DNA from: Mustelus asterias
Taxonomy: Eukaryota
Length of the DNA: 64,000 nucleotides
Direction of reading: 5' to 3'
NCBI RefSeq assembly: GCF_964213995.1
Contig: NW_027590498.1
Coordinates: 1-64,000, forward strand
The first letter of the stretch is position 1; each line of letters starts with the position of its first letter. Below are positions 37,220-51,180 of this stretch, in pieces. The translations under genes were made by a program, and so were the position numbers. The notes under the pieces were generated by a model. That model worked only from the letters and a program-made list of their open reading frames with translations. It was not told the DNA's origin and searched no databases.

Positions 37220-38599
37220 AGGCCGATGATGTTTAGATCCTGATGAATCAAAGCTCCCTGTCTGATCGTGATGTGATCCTTGATTTACAATTTTCTGTAA
37301 TTCCTCACCTTCTAATCCGCTGAAAAATGAATTGAAAACAGAAAGAGAGACAAGCCATAAATATACAAAGACAAAATGTGAAATTGAGTTGAACTAATCT
37401 GGTAAATTGTGGGATTCGGACGAGGACATAGTGGATATGAAAGCTGCTGGATTGTGACAAAGCCTCAAACTGTTCACCAATGCACTGAGGGAAAGGAGCC
37501 CTCCACCTCTTCAGAGCCAACAACAAGAATCCAGCCTTTATGCGTGAAGAGGGAGAGGTCGGGAGGAGGGTGACGGAGAGAGACTTTATACATCAGCAAC
37601 TCAACCAGGATTTTGGCAGAATCTCCTCAACCCACAATCTTCCCCACCTGGAAGTACCAGAGCAGCTGGGACATGGGCAAACCAAACAACTTCCTGACTT
37701 GGACAAATATCACTGTCCCTTCAACGTGACTGGGTTAAAATTCTAATACTCTTGCATTGTGGGAGCACCTTTACTATATGGACTGCAGAGGTTCAAGAAG
37801 AAGAAGGCCAACTATCACCATCACAAAGGACAATTGGTGATTGGTAACGTATCGCTGTCTGTGATAGTAATTCAGGACAAATACCTGGGCCTTTTTTGTT
37901 CTTTTGCAAATCTGTATGAAACCTGCAATTTCATAAGATATAGGAGCAGAATTAGACCATTCGGCCCCTCGAGTCCGCTCCGCCATTCAATCATGGCTGA
38001 TATGCTTCTCATCCCCATTTTCCTGCCTTCTCCCCATAACCTTTCAACCCATAACCAATTAAAAATCTGTCTAACTCCTCCTTAAATTACTCACTGCCCA
38101 GCATCCACCGCACTTTGGGGTAGCAAATTCCACAGATGAAAGGAAAACAAGGAAACAAAACCAATGACCGCTACAATCCAGGAGGACAAGGACAGTGGAC
38201 AGGTGGGGAAAACCACTACCTGGAAGTCCCCCCCCAAGCCACTCAGCATCTTGACTTGGAAATATGTCACTGTTCCTTCAATGTCATTGGATCAAAATCC
38301 TGGAATTCCCTCCCTAACAACACTGTGGATGTACCTACACCACATAGACTGCAGCGATTCAAGAAGGCAGCTCACCACCACCTTTTCAAAGGCAATTAAG
38401 GATGGCCAATAAATGCTAGTCTAGCCAACGACTAGAATCAATTGAACAATTTAAAAAATGACTTGGAATATCCATCAGAAAACAATCCTGACAGTTACTC
38501 AAATAAATACTTCACTCAGTCACACCAGCTTCTGAGTTTATATTTGACTGAAATAGTTGGATTTTGCTGCTGTTTGTGGAAAACTTTGGGGCATTTTCC

Positions 38600-39297
38600 C
38601 AGTCCATTACGCAAACTAGCCTCCCATCCATTGACTCCATCTACACTTCCCGCTGCCTCGGAAAAGCAGCCAACATAATCGAGAATGTCACACACCCCGG
38701 ACTTACTCTCTTCAACCTTCTTCTGACAAGAAAAAGGTACAAAAGTCTGAGATCATGTGCCAACCGATTCAAGAACACCTTCTTCCCTGCTACCATCAGA
38801 CTTCTGAATAACCTAATTCTCATTAATTTGATCTTCCTCTACAGCCTAACTGTGACTGTAATACTACATTCTGCACTCTCTCCTTTCCTTCCCTATGTAC
38901 AGTATGCTTTGTCTGTATAGTGCACAAGGAATAATGCTTTTCACTGTACACTAATACATGTGACAATAATAAATCAAATCAAAAAAGAACCCCACACACT
39001 CCGGACACACTCTCTTCCACCTTCTTCCATCGGGAAAAAGGATAAAAAAGTCTGAGATCAGGTACCAACTGACTCAAAAACAGCTTAATGCCTGCTGCCA
39101 TCAGACTTTTGAATGGAGCTGACTTATATTAAGTTGATCTTTTGCTACACCCTGGATATGACTGTAACACTACATTCTGCACCCTTTTCTTTCCTTCTCT
39201 CCTATCTGCTCTATGAATGGAATGCTTTGTCTGTACAGTGCGCAAGAAATAATAATTTTCACTGTAAACCATAACGTGACAATAATAAATCAAAATT
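38600..39297 (+). mobile_element. Two tandem Rex1/Babar-type LINE 3' ends
   Basis: RYKSLRS..RFKNTFFPATIRLLN C-terminus and aataataaatcaaatc tails; same family as 48085-48868. Confidence 0.8.
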
Positions 39298-40679
39298 ATC
39301 CACCAGTTCCCACTTCTGTTCTTTCTGATGAATGAAGGATCTGTGCACAGCTTTTTCGACCCTCCTCCCAATCTCCACATCACAGCAAAAAAATCACCAG
39401 TCAATAATAACGACTTTCAATGACGGAGGGTTTACCCAGCATTCGCCGCGGTGGTGAATGTCCCCTATTTACACCAGAGGAAGGTACTGCGCAGCCGCAG
39501 TATCGCTCAGTATTGGAGCATGCGCACTGTCAGTCATGGCGATGGGGTGAGTCTCTCTTTTTGTCTCTTTGCCACGGGGAAGGAAACGGAAACTCTGAGG
39601 GAGCGATGGAGCCGGCTCTGGAGAAGAAGAGTTTCTAAACACCTGGCGGGTGCCTCAAACCCCGATTGAGATTCGTGTTTGCAGCTCCGGATCTTTTTTC
39701 CCCCCGAAACCCAAGTCCAGTCCAACGGCCACCATCTTGGATCAGCGAGAGGCGCATGCGCCAGGGTCTTCATGACGCAACAGTGAGGGCGGGGCTTAGG
39801 TTTTACAGTTCCTCCCGGGTCCCAGTTTCCAGCACATCAGCGTGAATATTATTGATTAGTGTCAGAAGGAGGCTTACATTGACACTACAATGAAGTTACT
39901 GTGAAAATCCCCCAGTCGCCACACTCCGACACCTGTTCAGGTACACAGAGAGAATTTAGCACGGCCAGTGCACCTAACCAGCACATCTTTCGGACTGTGG
40001 GAGGAAACCTGAGCACCTGAAGGAAACCCACACAGACACAGGGATAATGTGCAAACTCTACACAGACAGTGACCCAATCCGGGAACTGAAGCCAGGTCTA
40101 ACCACTGTGTCACCGTGCCTCCCAGCAAACTGGGCAACAGGTGTCTAAACAGTTTCACCCGCTCCCAGCCTGCAGCTGATGTTTGCAGAAGTCCATGAAC
40201 CATGTACATATTCAGTGTGAGAGGTTGCAGTCCCTGAAGGAGCTGCTTCTCCACTTTTAGTTCCACTTCTATTCTGCCCCACGCTCCTAATCATTGGCTG
40301 CCCATGTGGAGGAGGCTTGGGAGGTCAGAGGATCTTTTCCTGGATCTGCTCTTGGGGCTGGTTAAAACAGTGATTTGTAGATCTGCATGGGGTAACTTGG
40401 CTGTCGGCCTCTCTCCCACGGTCTTGTCCATGCTCGTGTGGTCCTGGAGAAGAACCGTGCAGTGTCGACTGGAACACTCGATACCTCCCACAACTCAGGG
40501 TACAGAGTGTCTCATAGACACTGGAAACAAAGTTCTGGTTTAGTTGAGATGGAAGTTTGATTGGACCACAAGATTGGGGAAACAAAAGATAAAAGAATAT
40601 TCCATGGAAACTAGAATTGTCTGTTCTGACTTTCTATCCTGTGCTGACAGCGATACTGACTCTGTCAATATCTTTTACA

Positions 40680-41349
40680 AGGTCCACGAGGGCGATGAAT
40701 TGCTGATGGGAAACTGAAACCAAACATCACATCAAGAGCTGACAGAGTCCCTCAATTCATCAGAACCTGAATATCATCGACCTTTAAATGTGGAAGGAGA
40801 AATGTTTTTCTATTTTGGCGGTGAGGAAAGATTTCAAACATCAGTGTGACTGGAAAAGCACCAAGACATACACACACACCTGGGTGAGAGTGTTCCAGTA
40901 AACTGACTGAGGAAAGAGCTTTAACCAGTTACACAGCCTGATTTTTTTTAAAAACTCACTATTCACAGCAGAGAGCCAAAGGATGAGAAGATCTTGGAGC
41001 AGAATTAGGCCATTGGGCCCATTCAGTCTGCTCACTATTCACTGATCTGATATAATCCTGAATTCCACTTTCCTGCCTTATCCCCATGACCCTTGATTCC
41101 TTTACTGAGAAATAATACACACGTTCTTTGTGTGGACAAGGCTTGAACAGATTGTTTAACCTCGACGGACACAAGGACACCCAAGGAAACCACGGAAATG
41201 TGGGGACTGTGGGAAGGGATTCAGTTACCCTTCGCTGCTGGAAATACATCGCCGCAGTCACACTGGGGAGAAACCATTCACTTGCTCTGTGTGCAGGAAG
41301 GGATTCATTCAGTCATCCCACCTGCTGACCCACCAGCAAGTTCACATTG
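40680..41349 (+). pseudogene. C2H2 ZNF pseudogene fragment
   Basis: Frameshifted fingers ([49 protein letters not shown]) cut off by a CR1 at about 41350. Confidence 0.75.
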
Positions 41350-42170
41350 AAGATGGAAGACAATGTGGAGAAGTGTGAGGTTATGCACTTTGGAAGGAGG
41401 AATGGAGGCGTAGACTATTTTCTAAATGGGAAAATGCTTAGGAAATCAGAAACACAAAAGGACTTGGGAGTCCGTGTTCAAGATTCTCTTAAGGTTAACC
41501 TGCAGGTTCAGTTGGCAGTTAGGAAGGAAAATGCAATGTTAGCATTCATGTCGAGAGGGCTAGAATACAAGAGCAGGGATGTACTTCTGAAGCTGTCTAA
41601 GGCTCTGGTCAGGCTCCATTTGGACTATTATGAGCAGTTTTGGGCCTCGTATCTAAGGAAGGATGTGCTGGCCTTGGAAAGGGTCCAGAGGAGGTTCACA
41701 AGAATGATCCCTGGAATGAAGAGCTTGTCGTATGAGGAACGGTTGAGGACTCTGGGTCTGTACTGGTTGGAGTTTAGAAGGATGAGGGGGGATCTTATTG
41801 AAACTTACAGGATACTGCGAGGCCTGGATAGTGTGGATGTGGAGAGGATGTTTCCACTAGTAGGAAAAACTAGAACCAGAGGGAACACAACCTCAGGCTA
41901 AAGGGATGATCCTTTAAAACAGAGATGAGGAATTTCTTCAGCCAGAGAGTGGTGAATCTGTGGAAGTCTTTGCCGCAGGAGGCTGTTGAGGCCAGGTCAT
42001 TGAGTGTCTTTAAGACAGAGGTCGATAGGTTCTTGATTAATAAGGGGATCAGCGGTTATTGGGAAAAGGTAGGAGAATGGGGATGAGAAAAATATCAGCC
42101 ATGATTGAATGGTGGAGCAGACGCAATGGGCCAAGTGGCCTAATTCTGCTCCTATGTCTTATGGTCTTAT
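41350..42170 (+). mobile_element. CR1 LINE 3' fragment
   Basis: ORF 41347-41901 [11 protein letters not shown]...RGDLIETY; 3' UTR and tail. Confidence 0.9.
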
Positions 42171-42344
42171 TGGGAAGAGTGTGGGGTTGGGAGTTATTTA
42201 AGACAAAGATTGATATCGGATACAAAGGGAATTTAGCATTATGGGGAGGGTGAAGATCAGGCATGATCTTATTGAGTAGCAGAGCAGGCCTGAAGGGCTG
42301 AATGGCCTCTTCCTGCTTCTATTTCTTATGTTTAATCAGCAACT

Positions 42345-42381
42345 TCCTCATTAGTGTAGAGGTTAGTATCCCCGCCTGTCA
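42345..42381 (+). pseudogene. tRNA-Asp(GTC) 5'-half relic
   Basis: tcctcattagtgtagaggttagtatccccgcctgtca matches the vertebrate tRNA-Asp 5' half through the anticodon; a SINE (about 42382-42735) follows directly. Confidence 0.7.
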
Positions 42382-43429
42382 GGGGACGCGGTGGTATAGT
42401 GGTATCGTCACTGGACTAGCAATCCAGAGACCCAGGGTGATCCTCTGGGAACCCAGGTTCAAATTCCAGCGCGGCAGATGGTGAAATTTGAATTCAATAA
42501 AAATATGGAATTAAATGTCTGATGATGACCATGAAACCATTGTCAATTGTTGTAAAAACCCATCTGGTTCACCATCTGATCCTTTAGGGAAGGAAATCTG
42601 CCATCCTTACCCGGTCTGGCCTACAATGTGACTCCAGATCCTCAGCAATGTGGTCGACTCTTAAATGCCCTCAGAGATGGGCAACAAATGCTGGCCCAGC
42701 CAGTGACCCTCACATCCCATGGACGAATAAAAAAAGATTAACCCTCAGTCTGGTTCCCCTCAAACTGCTGAGTGAGTGAAGTTAATCTTCTTTCACAAAT
42801 TACCAAGACATCAGACTATACGTCAGGACATGAACATTATTTGTTGGTTACAAATTGCAGTTAAATTTGGCACACAGACCCTTTCTAGACATGTCTAAAT
42901 GTAATCAGAGTTATCCTGCAGTTCAAAACTAATGGGGAGAACTAGTTCACAAAACAAGTAACCAAGGTCCTACAGGATAGTCAGTGATTCACTGTAAGTC
43001 AGCCCTAATGGATGCTGAGTATTCATTACAGCAGGGACCAGAGTCTGAGGATATAAACTGTTAAATTTACTTTCAGAATAATTCCTTCAATATCTGACAA
43101 GTTAATAACTTTGAACAACCTGTCAAACAGCTCAAAACAACATGTGATTACCAACATTCAGAGCTAACACAGTCTCATCCTAGAGCTGCAAGATTGGACT
43201 GTGATCTGTTTATTGTTCATCTTTATTTCAACACGGTTTCTAAATGATATAAATTTAAAATGAGGTTTGCAGACATGACGATCTATTGTTTGAGAGATGC
43301 GGTGGGGTACATGCTCAGTCTAACATGGGTAACTGACATTAGAGATCAGCTTCAACTGTCAGAATGAACATGTTTCAGTCCTGGATGGGATTAACAGCAC
43401 CAATACCTGCAAAATATAACTTCTGTAAT

Positions 43430-43799
<370 letters not shown>

Positions 43800-44689
43800 T
43801 TATTAGTCACAAGTAAGGCTTACATTAACACTGCAATGAAGTTACTGTGTAATTCCCCTAGTCGCAACAGTCCAGCGCCTGTTCGGGTCAATGCACCTAA
43901 ACAGCGCATCTTTCAGAATGTGGGAGGAAACTGGAGCACCCAGAGGAAACTCACGCAGACACGGGGAGAACATGCAAACTCCACACAGACAATGACCCAA
44001 GCCGGGAATCGAACCTGGGTCCCTGGCGTTGTGAGGCAGCAGTGTTAACCTACTGTGCCACTGTGCCATCCCCGTGTCTGAAGGTGGGGTTATGTCCTGA
44101 AACTCTTCCCACACTGTGAGCAGCTGAACGGTGATCTGCTGCTTCCGGCTTCTTCCCACAATCTCCAACAAAGAAAGCAGCTCCCTCCGCCAGCCACCCA
44201 CACAACCCGCCCAGATAGATAAAAGCAAAATACTGCGGATGCTGGAATTTCAAACAAAAACAGAAAATGCTGGAAAATCTCAGCAGGTCTGACAGCATCT
44301 GTGGCAAGCCAACGTTTTGAGTCTAGATGACCCTTCCTCAGAGCCGATTGACTGCAGGTTCAGAGATGTGGATTCAGGGTTAGGGAAACTGGGAACTTGA
44401 TCCAGTGGTCTAGCGGAAGGGAGGGAAACAGCAGAGGAATCTGATCAGATTGTCTCAATCTTAGTAACGAAGAAGCTCCATGAGCTCCTCACACTTGTTG
44501 GAGGTGAGGATGGAGGAGACAGGGGAGAGGGAGAGCCCTTCAAAAAAAACTAACTTGTTTCAGAGATATTGAAGAGTTGGCATTGTATTTAATACATAGT
44601 TGATTTATTTGACATTTATTTTCAATTTCCTAAACCTAGTCTGAGAAGTCTCTCATTGGTCAGAATACGTTGCTTGTAGATCATTTCAA

Positions 44690-45937
44690 AGGTTTCTCCA
44701 GTGGGAACTCAGTGTCCTTTCTGCTGAAATGACACTAAGTGAATCCCATCTGTCATTCGGGGCAGCTGAATGGTCTCTCCCCAGTGAGAAGCTGCTGTTT
44801 TGTCGGGGTGGCACGATAGCACAGTGGTTAGCACTGCTGCCTCAAAACGCCAGGGACCTGGGTTCAATTCCTGGTTTGGGTCACTGTCTGTGTGGCGTTT
44901 GCACGTTCTCCCCGTGTCTGCGTGGGTTTCCTCCGGGTGCTCTGGTTTCCTCCCACATTCTGAAAGACGTGCTGGTTAGGTGCATTGACCCGAGCAGGCA
45001 CCGGAGTGTGGCAACTAGGGGATTTTCACAATAACTTCATTGCAGTGTTAATGTAAGCTAACTTGTGATGAATAAACTTTACTTTTTTCTACTTTAGGAG
45101 GGTGGCTGTTGAGTGAATCCGTTCCCAAACATGGACAAAGTGAATGGTCTCTCCCCAGTGTGAGCTCGTTGGTGTCTCAACAGGTTGGATGACTGAGTGA
45201 ATCTCTTCCCACACTTGGAGCAGGTGAACGGCCTTTCCCCAGTGTGACTGCGCTGGTGTGTAATGAGGTCAGATGATCGCCTGAACCCAGTCCCGCAGTG
45301 AGAGCATCTGAACGGTCTCTCGTCAGTGTGAGTACGGCGATGGGACCCCAGGTCCCAGGAACTTTTAAAGCACTGCCCACAGTCTGAGCATTTAAAAGGT
45401 CTCTCATCAGTGTGAACTTGCTGGTGTCTCTGTAGGTGGGAGGACCGAGTGAATCCCTTCCCGCACATGGAGCAGGTAAAAGGCCTCTCCCCAGTGTGAA
45501 TTTGCTGGTGTGTTAGCAGGTCGGATGACCGAGTGAATCCCTTCCCACACACAGAGCAAGTGAAGAACCGCTCCCCAGTGTGAACTTGCCGATGTGTCAA
45601 CAGATTGGTAGAATTAATGAATGCTTTTCCACACTCTGAGCAGGTGAACGGTCTCTCCCCAGTGTGAACTCGCTCGTGTGTCCGCAGCGTTGATGACTGA
45701 GTGAATCCCTTCCCACACTGAGGGCAGGTGAATGGCGTCTCCCGAGTGTGAATGCATCGATGAGTCTCCAGCTTAGATTGGTAATTGAATCCCTTCCCAC
45801 AGTCCCCACATTTCCATGATTTTTCCTTGTTATGACTGCATTTATGTTCTAACAGGTCAGATGATTGGTTGAAGCCTCGTCCACACACAGAACATATGCA
45901 GATTCTCCCCACTGTGAATGGTGCTTTTTCCTTCCAT
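44690..45937 (-). pseudogene. C2H2 ZNF gene, probable pseudogene
   Basis: The family ATG ([11 protein letters not shown]) is out of frame with finger ORF 45094-45912 (shift near 45900); the 3' end is interrupted by a SINE at about 44805-45090. Confidence 0.75.
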
Positions 45938-46870
45938 TTTCAAAATCCAATGATATTCTGGTTAAAATGAGCGACTGTCAGATCTTGATGTAATGCTCAC
46001 AGTGAGCTTCGTGACTGCAAATCCTCCTGTTCTAATCCCCTGTGAAATTGATTTAAAATAGAAAAAAGGGAATGAGAGAGAATCCACAAAAACACAAACA
46101 CAGGTCATGAAATTGAGGCCAGCACTAGGAAAAAGTGACCATTAAAACTGGTGCGTTGTCATAACCCAACTGATTCACTCATGTCCTTCACGGAAGGAAA
46201 CCCGCCACTTGGTCTAAAGTTTTAAAGTTTATTCATTTATGTCACAAGTAGGCTTACATTAACACTGCAATGAAGTTACTGTGAAAATCCTCTAGTTGCC
46301 ACACCCGGCGCCTGTTCAGGTACACTGAAGGAAAATTTAGCATGGCCAATGCACCTAACCAGCACGTCTTTCGGACTGTGGGAGGAAACCAGAGAACCCA
46401 GAGGAAACCCACGCAGACACGGGGAGAATGTGCAGACTCCATGCAGAAAGTGACCAAAGCCAGGATTCAAACCCGGGTCCCTAGCGCTGTGAGGCAGCAG
46501 TGCTAACCACTGTGCCACCCGACCTAGAATGTAGCCTCAATGGGAGGAGGAGAGTTGGGGTGGGGGAGAGGGCCTAGGTAAGACACTCTGTCACAAAGCC
46601 GGTGCAGACTTGATGGGCTGAATAGCCTCCTTCTGCACTGTAGGGATTCTATGAATGGACTCAAGGCTGGGTGAAGCATATTTTTAACCCACACGGGAGC
46701 CAAGGGTTACCAGTGGTGTGGGTATGCAGGGCAGGGTCAGGAAAGTTGTGTGCACACAAGCCATGATCCTGCTGAATTGAAAGTATTATTGATGGACCGA
46801 ATGGCCTCTTCCTGAACCTAATTCTGATGTTCCTCTGATGGAGGGACACGTGGCCATGAGCAGATGGTGA

Positions 46871-47163
46871 CCCTGAGCCCGGGCCCGTCGCCACGTCCTG
46901 AGCCCGGGCCCGTCACCACACCCTGAACCCGGGCTCGTCACGTGCCCTGAACCCGGGCTCGTCGCCGTGCCCTGAGCCCGGGCCTGTCACCGTGCCCTGA
47001 ACCCGGGCCCGTCACCGTGCCCTGAACCCGGGCCTGTCACCGCGCCCTGAACCCGGGCCCATCACCGTGCCCCGAACCCGGGCCCTGAACCCGGGCCTGT
47101 CGCCGCGCCCTGAACCTGGGCCTGTCACCGTGCCCTGAACCCGGGCCTGTCACCGCGCCCTGT
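46871..47163. repeat. GC-rich 25-bp minisatellite (about 12 units)
   Basis: Unit cctgaacccgggcctgtcaccgtgc with variants and one partial unit. Confidence 0.9.
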
Positions 47164-47244
47164 GCTCAGACTGAGGAGACAATGATTTTCTCTCCTGGTA
47201 ACTGGGACCCTGAAACCCCGCCCACTATCTATTGCGTCACGGGG

Positions 47245-47535
47245 ATAGCCACGCATGCGCCCTGCTCCCTGCTGAACAAAGATGGCGGCAGCGGCACTGG
47301 GCCTGATCCCGGGAAAATCCCCACTGCGAAACACCCGGGACCCGCAGGCTCTTATTCCAGTCTTGCGGCCTACAGTGGGTGTTTGTGAAGCCTCCGCTCC
47401 CTCCCCACGCCGACTCCCGGCTCCATTCCTCCCTCCGCCCCACCGACTCTCACCACCTGAAAAAACGCGTCTCATGCACTCGGAGCAAAGTGACACCGCG
47501 CATGCGTCCCAAAAGAGCACCACGCCTGCGCACTG
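47245..47535. promoter_or_regulatory. CpG-island promoter with NRF1 and YY1 motifs
   Basis: cgcatgcg at about 47252 and 47499, cgcctgcgca at about 47523, aagatggcggc at about 47279. Confidence 0.55.
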
Positions 47536-48084
47536 GACTCCTGTGGAGTGAATAGCGCACCTTCACATCCGCAACGAATGTTGGGTAATAGCAGCGCCAT
47601 TGAATAATGAACCTGAGGATCAAAATAACGTCACCCAATTAAGAAAAATTACTTTAAAAAAAAATCTCACATTTTTGTGAATCGGTACTCTGTTATGTTC
47701 CATTCCTGAAAATTATTTAAACACCTGCTCTCCTCTGCGAATAAGCAGAAGTTTTTTGAACTGAAAGTTTTAAAGTTTATTTATCATACACAAGTAAGGC
47801 TTACGTTAACGTTGCAGTGAAGTTACTGTGAAACTTCCCTAGTCGCCACAGTCCGGCACCTGTTTGGTTCAATGAACCTAACCAGGACGTCTTTCAGAAT
47901 ATGGGAGGAAACCCTCGCAGACACGGGAGGAACATGCAAACTCCACAGTGACCCAAGCCAGAAATCGAACCTGGGGCCCTGACGCTGTGAGGCAGCAGTC
48001 CTCATCACTGTGCTACTACAGTGCTGTCCTGGCTTTCCAAACTGTTGTCCTATCTCTCCCCCCCCGCCCCCATCGTAGTGGGTC

Positions 48085-48868
48085 ACATCTCAAACAATGA
48101 CGAGACAGAGTACAGGAATGAGATAGAGAATCTGGTGAACTGGTGCAATGACAATAATCTCCCCCTCAATGTCAAGTAAACAAAGGAGATTGTCATCGAC
48201 TTCAGGAAGCATAGTGGAGAACATGCCCCTGTCTACATCAACGGGGACGAAGTAGAAAGGGTCGAGATCCTCAAGTTTTTAGGTGTCCAGATCACCAACA
48301 ACCTGTCCTGGTCCCCCCATGCAGACACTATAGTTAAGAAAGCCCATCAAGGCCTCTACTTTCTCAGAAGACTAAGGAGATTTGGCATGTCAGCTATGAC
48401 TCTCACCAACTTTTACAGATGCACCATAGAAAGCATTCTTTCTGGTTGTATCACAGCTTGGTATGGCTCCTGCTCTGCCCAAGGATCTACAAAAGGTCGT
48501 GAATGTAGCCCAATCCATCATGCAAACTAGCCTCCCAACTATAGACTCTGTCTATACTTCCTGCTGCCTCGGCAAAGCAGCCAGCATAATTAAGGACCCA
48601 ACGCACCCCGGAACAATCTCTCTTCCACTTTCTTCCGTCAGGAAAAGATACAAAAGTCTGAGGTCACGTACCATCCGACTCAAGAACAGCTTCTTCCCTG
48701 CTGCTGTCAGACTTTTGCATGGACCTACCTCGCATTAAGTTGATCTTTCTCTACACCCAAGCTATGACTGTAACACTACATTCTGCACTCTCTCCTTTCC
48801 TTCTCTATGAATGGTATGCTTTGTCTGTATAGCCGCACAAGAAACAATTCTTTTCACTGTATCCCAAT
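48085..48868 (+). mobile_element. Rex1/Babar-type LINE 3' part
   Basis: ENLVNWCNDNNL.LNV..TKEIVIDFRK...FLGVQITNNLSW...LYFLRRL...ESILSGCITAWYG; its (aaatc)n tail resumes at about 49361-49386 after a CR1 insertion. Confidence 0.85.
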
Positions 48869-49360
48869 AGAACATAGAACACTACAGCACAGAACAGGCC
48901 CTTCGGCCCATGATGTTGTGCCGAGCTTTATCTGAAACCAAGATCAAGCTATCCCACTCCCTATCATCCTGGTGTGCTCCATGTGCCTATCCAAAGCCGC
49001 TTAAATGTTCCTAAAGTGTCTGACTCCACTATCACTGCAGGCAGTCCATTCCACACCCCAACCACTCGCTGCGTAAAGAATCTACCTCTGATATCCTTCC
49101 TATATCTCCCACCATGAACCCTATAGTTATGCCCCCTTGTAATAGCTCCATCCACCAGAGGAAATAGTCTTTGAACGTTCACTCTATCTATCCCCTTCAT
49201 CATTTCATAAACCTCTATTAAGTCTCCCCTCAGCCTCCTCCGCTCCAGAGAGAACAGCCCCAGCTCCCTGAACCTTTCCTCATAAGACCTACCCTCCAAA
49301 CCAAGCAGCATCCTGGTAAATCTCCTCTGCACTCTTTCCAGCGCTTCCACATCCTTCTTA
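48869..49360 (-). mobile_element. Young CR1 3' end nested in the Rex1 tail
   Basis: ORF 48964-49377; same subfamily as 1-666. Confidence 0.92.
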
Positions 49361-49846
49361 TACATGAGACAAATCAAATCAAATCACCCACTGCTTCCTC
49401 ACGGCAGAAAGGAAACCACTCGTTCACTAATTCAAACTCTAAGTGATTATAGATATTGCTGGTAAGAGCCCAGGATAAATTGTTATTTGTAAAGTGAAAA
49501 CAGGAGTTAGTGAGGAGGGTGATGGTAATAACCAGGAAAGGTGTTTCAGAGGGGATTCCTTGGTATCCACCCAAAACACAGTCATTGTCACAGTTAAACC
49601 TTATTTAAACACTTGTCAGGACACGGACCCTGGTGTGACTGTGGTCAAAGAGACTGTACACCATAGGAAAGACTTTCCCTCATCGTTCACAGCAAATAAG
49701 GACTTACCCATCCTGCCCGATGAGAGTTTCTATCACAAAGATATCTCTAATTTTACTTGGGCCACACCTTAGAAAATAATTAATTTTGTTTATGCATCAA
49801 ATTGAACAGATTTCTCTTTCCAGTCTTCAATATGTTAGATGATTAC

Positions 49847-50506
49847 TGTTGTAGGTAAAGATACCTCTCAGTCTATTCGTAGGTCAAAATACATTGGTTT
49901 ATTTTCACAATTGTGGGAGACCGTCCGGTGCCTAACACGGCCGCAGACCTCTCAGCAAATACAGGTTAAGAACATACATTTATACCCTTCCTTGCACGTC
50001 CGCAGTTTCCGAGGCCTCACAGGTTCCCAGGCTGTTGCTTGTGAACCTTGCTGCCTTGGGGTTTTCTTCACGGTTATCCCAAGGCCGTGAGTGTTGTTGT
50101 TCTCTGTGAGCACAGGTGGGGTATCTTACTAATGTACAAGGTTACAGTCTTCGCACAAACAAGTTAATTGGCATACAACAATTTATACGTAGGTACTTGT
50201 ATAATGTATATCGGTACAGGCTATGAATATATATGAAGATATCATTATACGTCACAGAAGGCCGACATGTAGGTTTCCACTGTTACACAGCAAATACATA
50301 ATTAAAGAATACAAAATGGTGGGTTAGCCAAATTCTTAAACAGAAAAACATACAACAGCTGTGCTCTTATCTGTTCTTGGATACATGAGCATGAAAACAC
50401 CCAAACGTAAACATGAGTTCCACAGTATTTCTCACAATCCCCAAATATCACAGAATTCACTTTGACACTTTGAGTATTAGAGTTCATTAACCCATTCCCG
50501 ACTTCA
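49847..50506 (-). mobile_element. Putative ERV 3' LTR
   Basis: Begins TG right after polypurine tract aaaaggggggag (50518-50507); TATAAA near 49980, AATAAA near 49900; candidate end ...caaCA at 49847. Confidence 0.6.
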
Positions 50507-50559
50507 CTCCCCCCTTTTGGTCGGGTGCCAGGTGGTCCACACATGGCCCCATGACCAAT

Positions 50560-51180
50560 TCAGAACCACATGTTATCGGCGAATCGGCCTAGCTCCAGCT
50601 CCTTTGTCGGGGGGCCTGCCCCCTCTGCCTGTACACTTGCGCCTGCTGTTACTGTTTTGCAACAGGCGTTCAATAATGCCATACAAACACAGCAAGTAAT
50701 TACAATTACAATTAATACAATCAATCCATGCACCCGGTACGCACCCACGACCCGAACCATTGCCCCAGCCATCCCAGAAGGTAATAATTGTGATATTGGT
50801 TCCCCTCATCCTGTATTGTTTTCGCCAGGTGTTTATTATGATCTGCTAAGCGAGTTATATTCTCCGAAGCATCGGGAATATACGTACAGCATTCCGAGCC
50901 AACTATGTTCCACCTTGGGAGGCTAGCACATAATCGAGTGCCAATCGGTTCTGTAATGCCACAGTCTGAATAGCTACGACCACTGCTGATGTTTCAGAGA
51001 CGGCCGTGCTCACCTCCTCGAACCCGTCCTTAGTCTCATTCGCAATTCCCTTTAGGGTCGAGGCCATCCATATAAGTTCCTGTGCTGCCTTTGCTGTCCC
51101 ATAAAGTGGGTAGGCTATCATGAAGAACCGTTCTGTCTCACAAATGGCTCGCTTAGCCCCAAGGGTGTTGGGGCCTCCAG
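50560..51180 (-). pseudogene. env: Endogenous retrovirus env TM-subunit remnant (gamma-type)
   Basis: AKR cleavage-like site, heptad region, immunosuppressive domain LQNRLALDYVLASQGG, then (shifted) IVGSECCTYIPD and (shifted) TM GLIVLIVIVITCCVCMALL. Confidence 0.85.
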
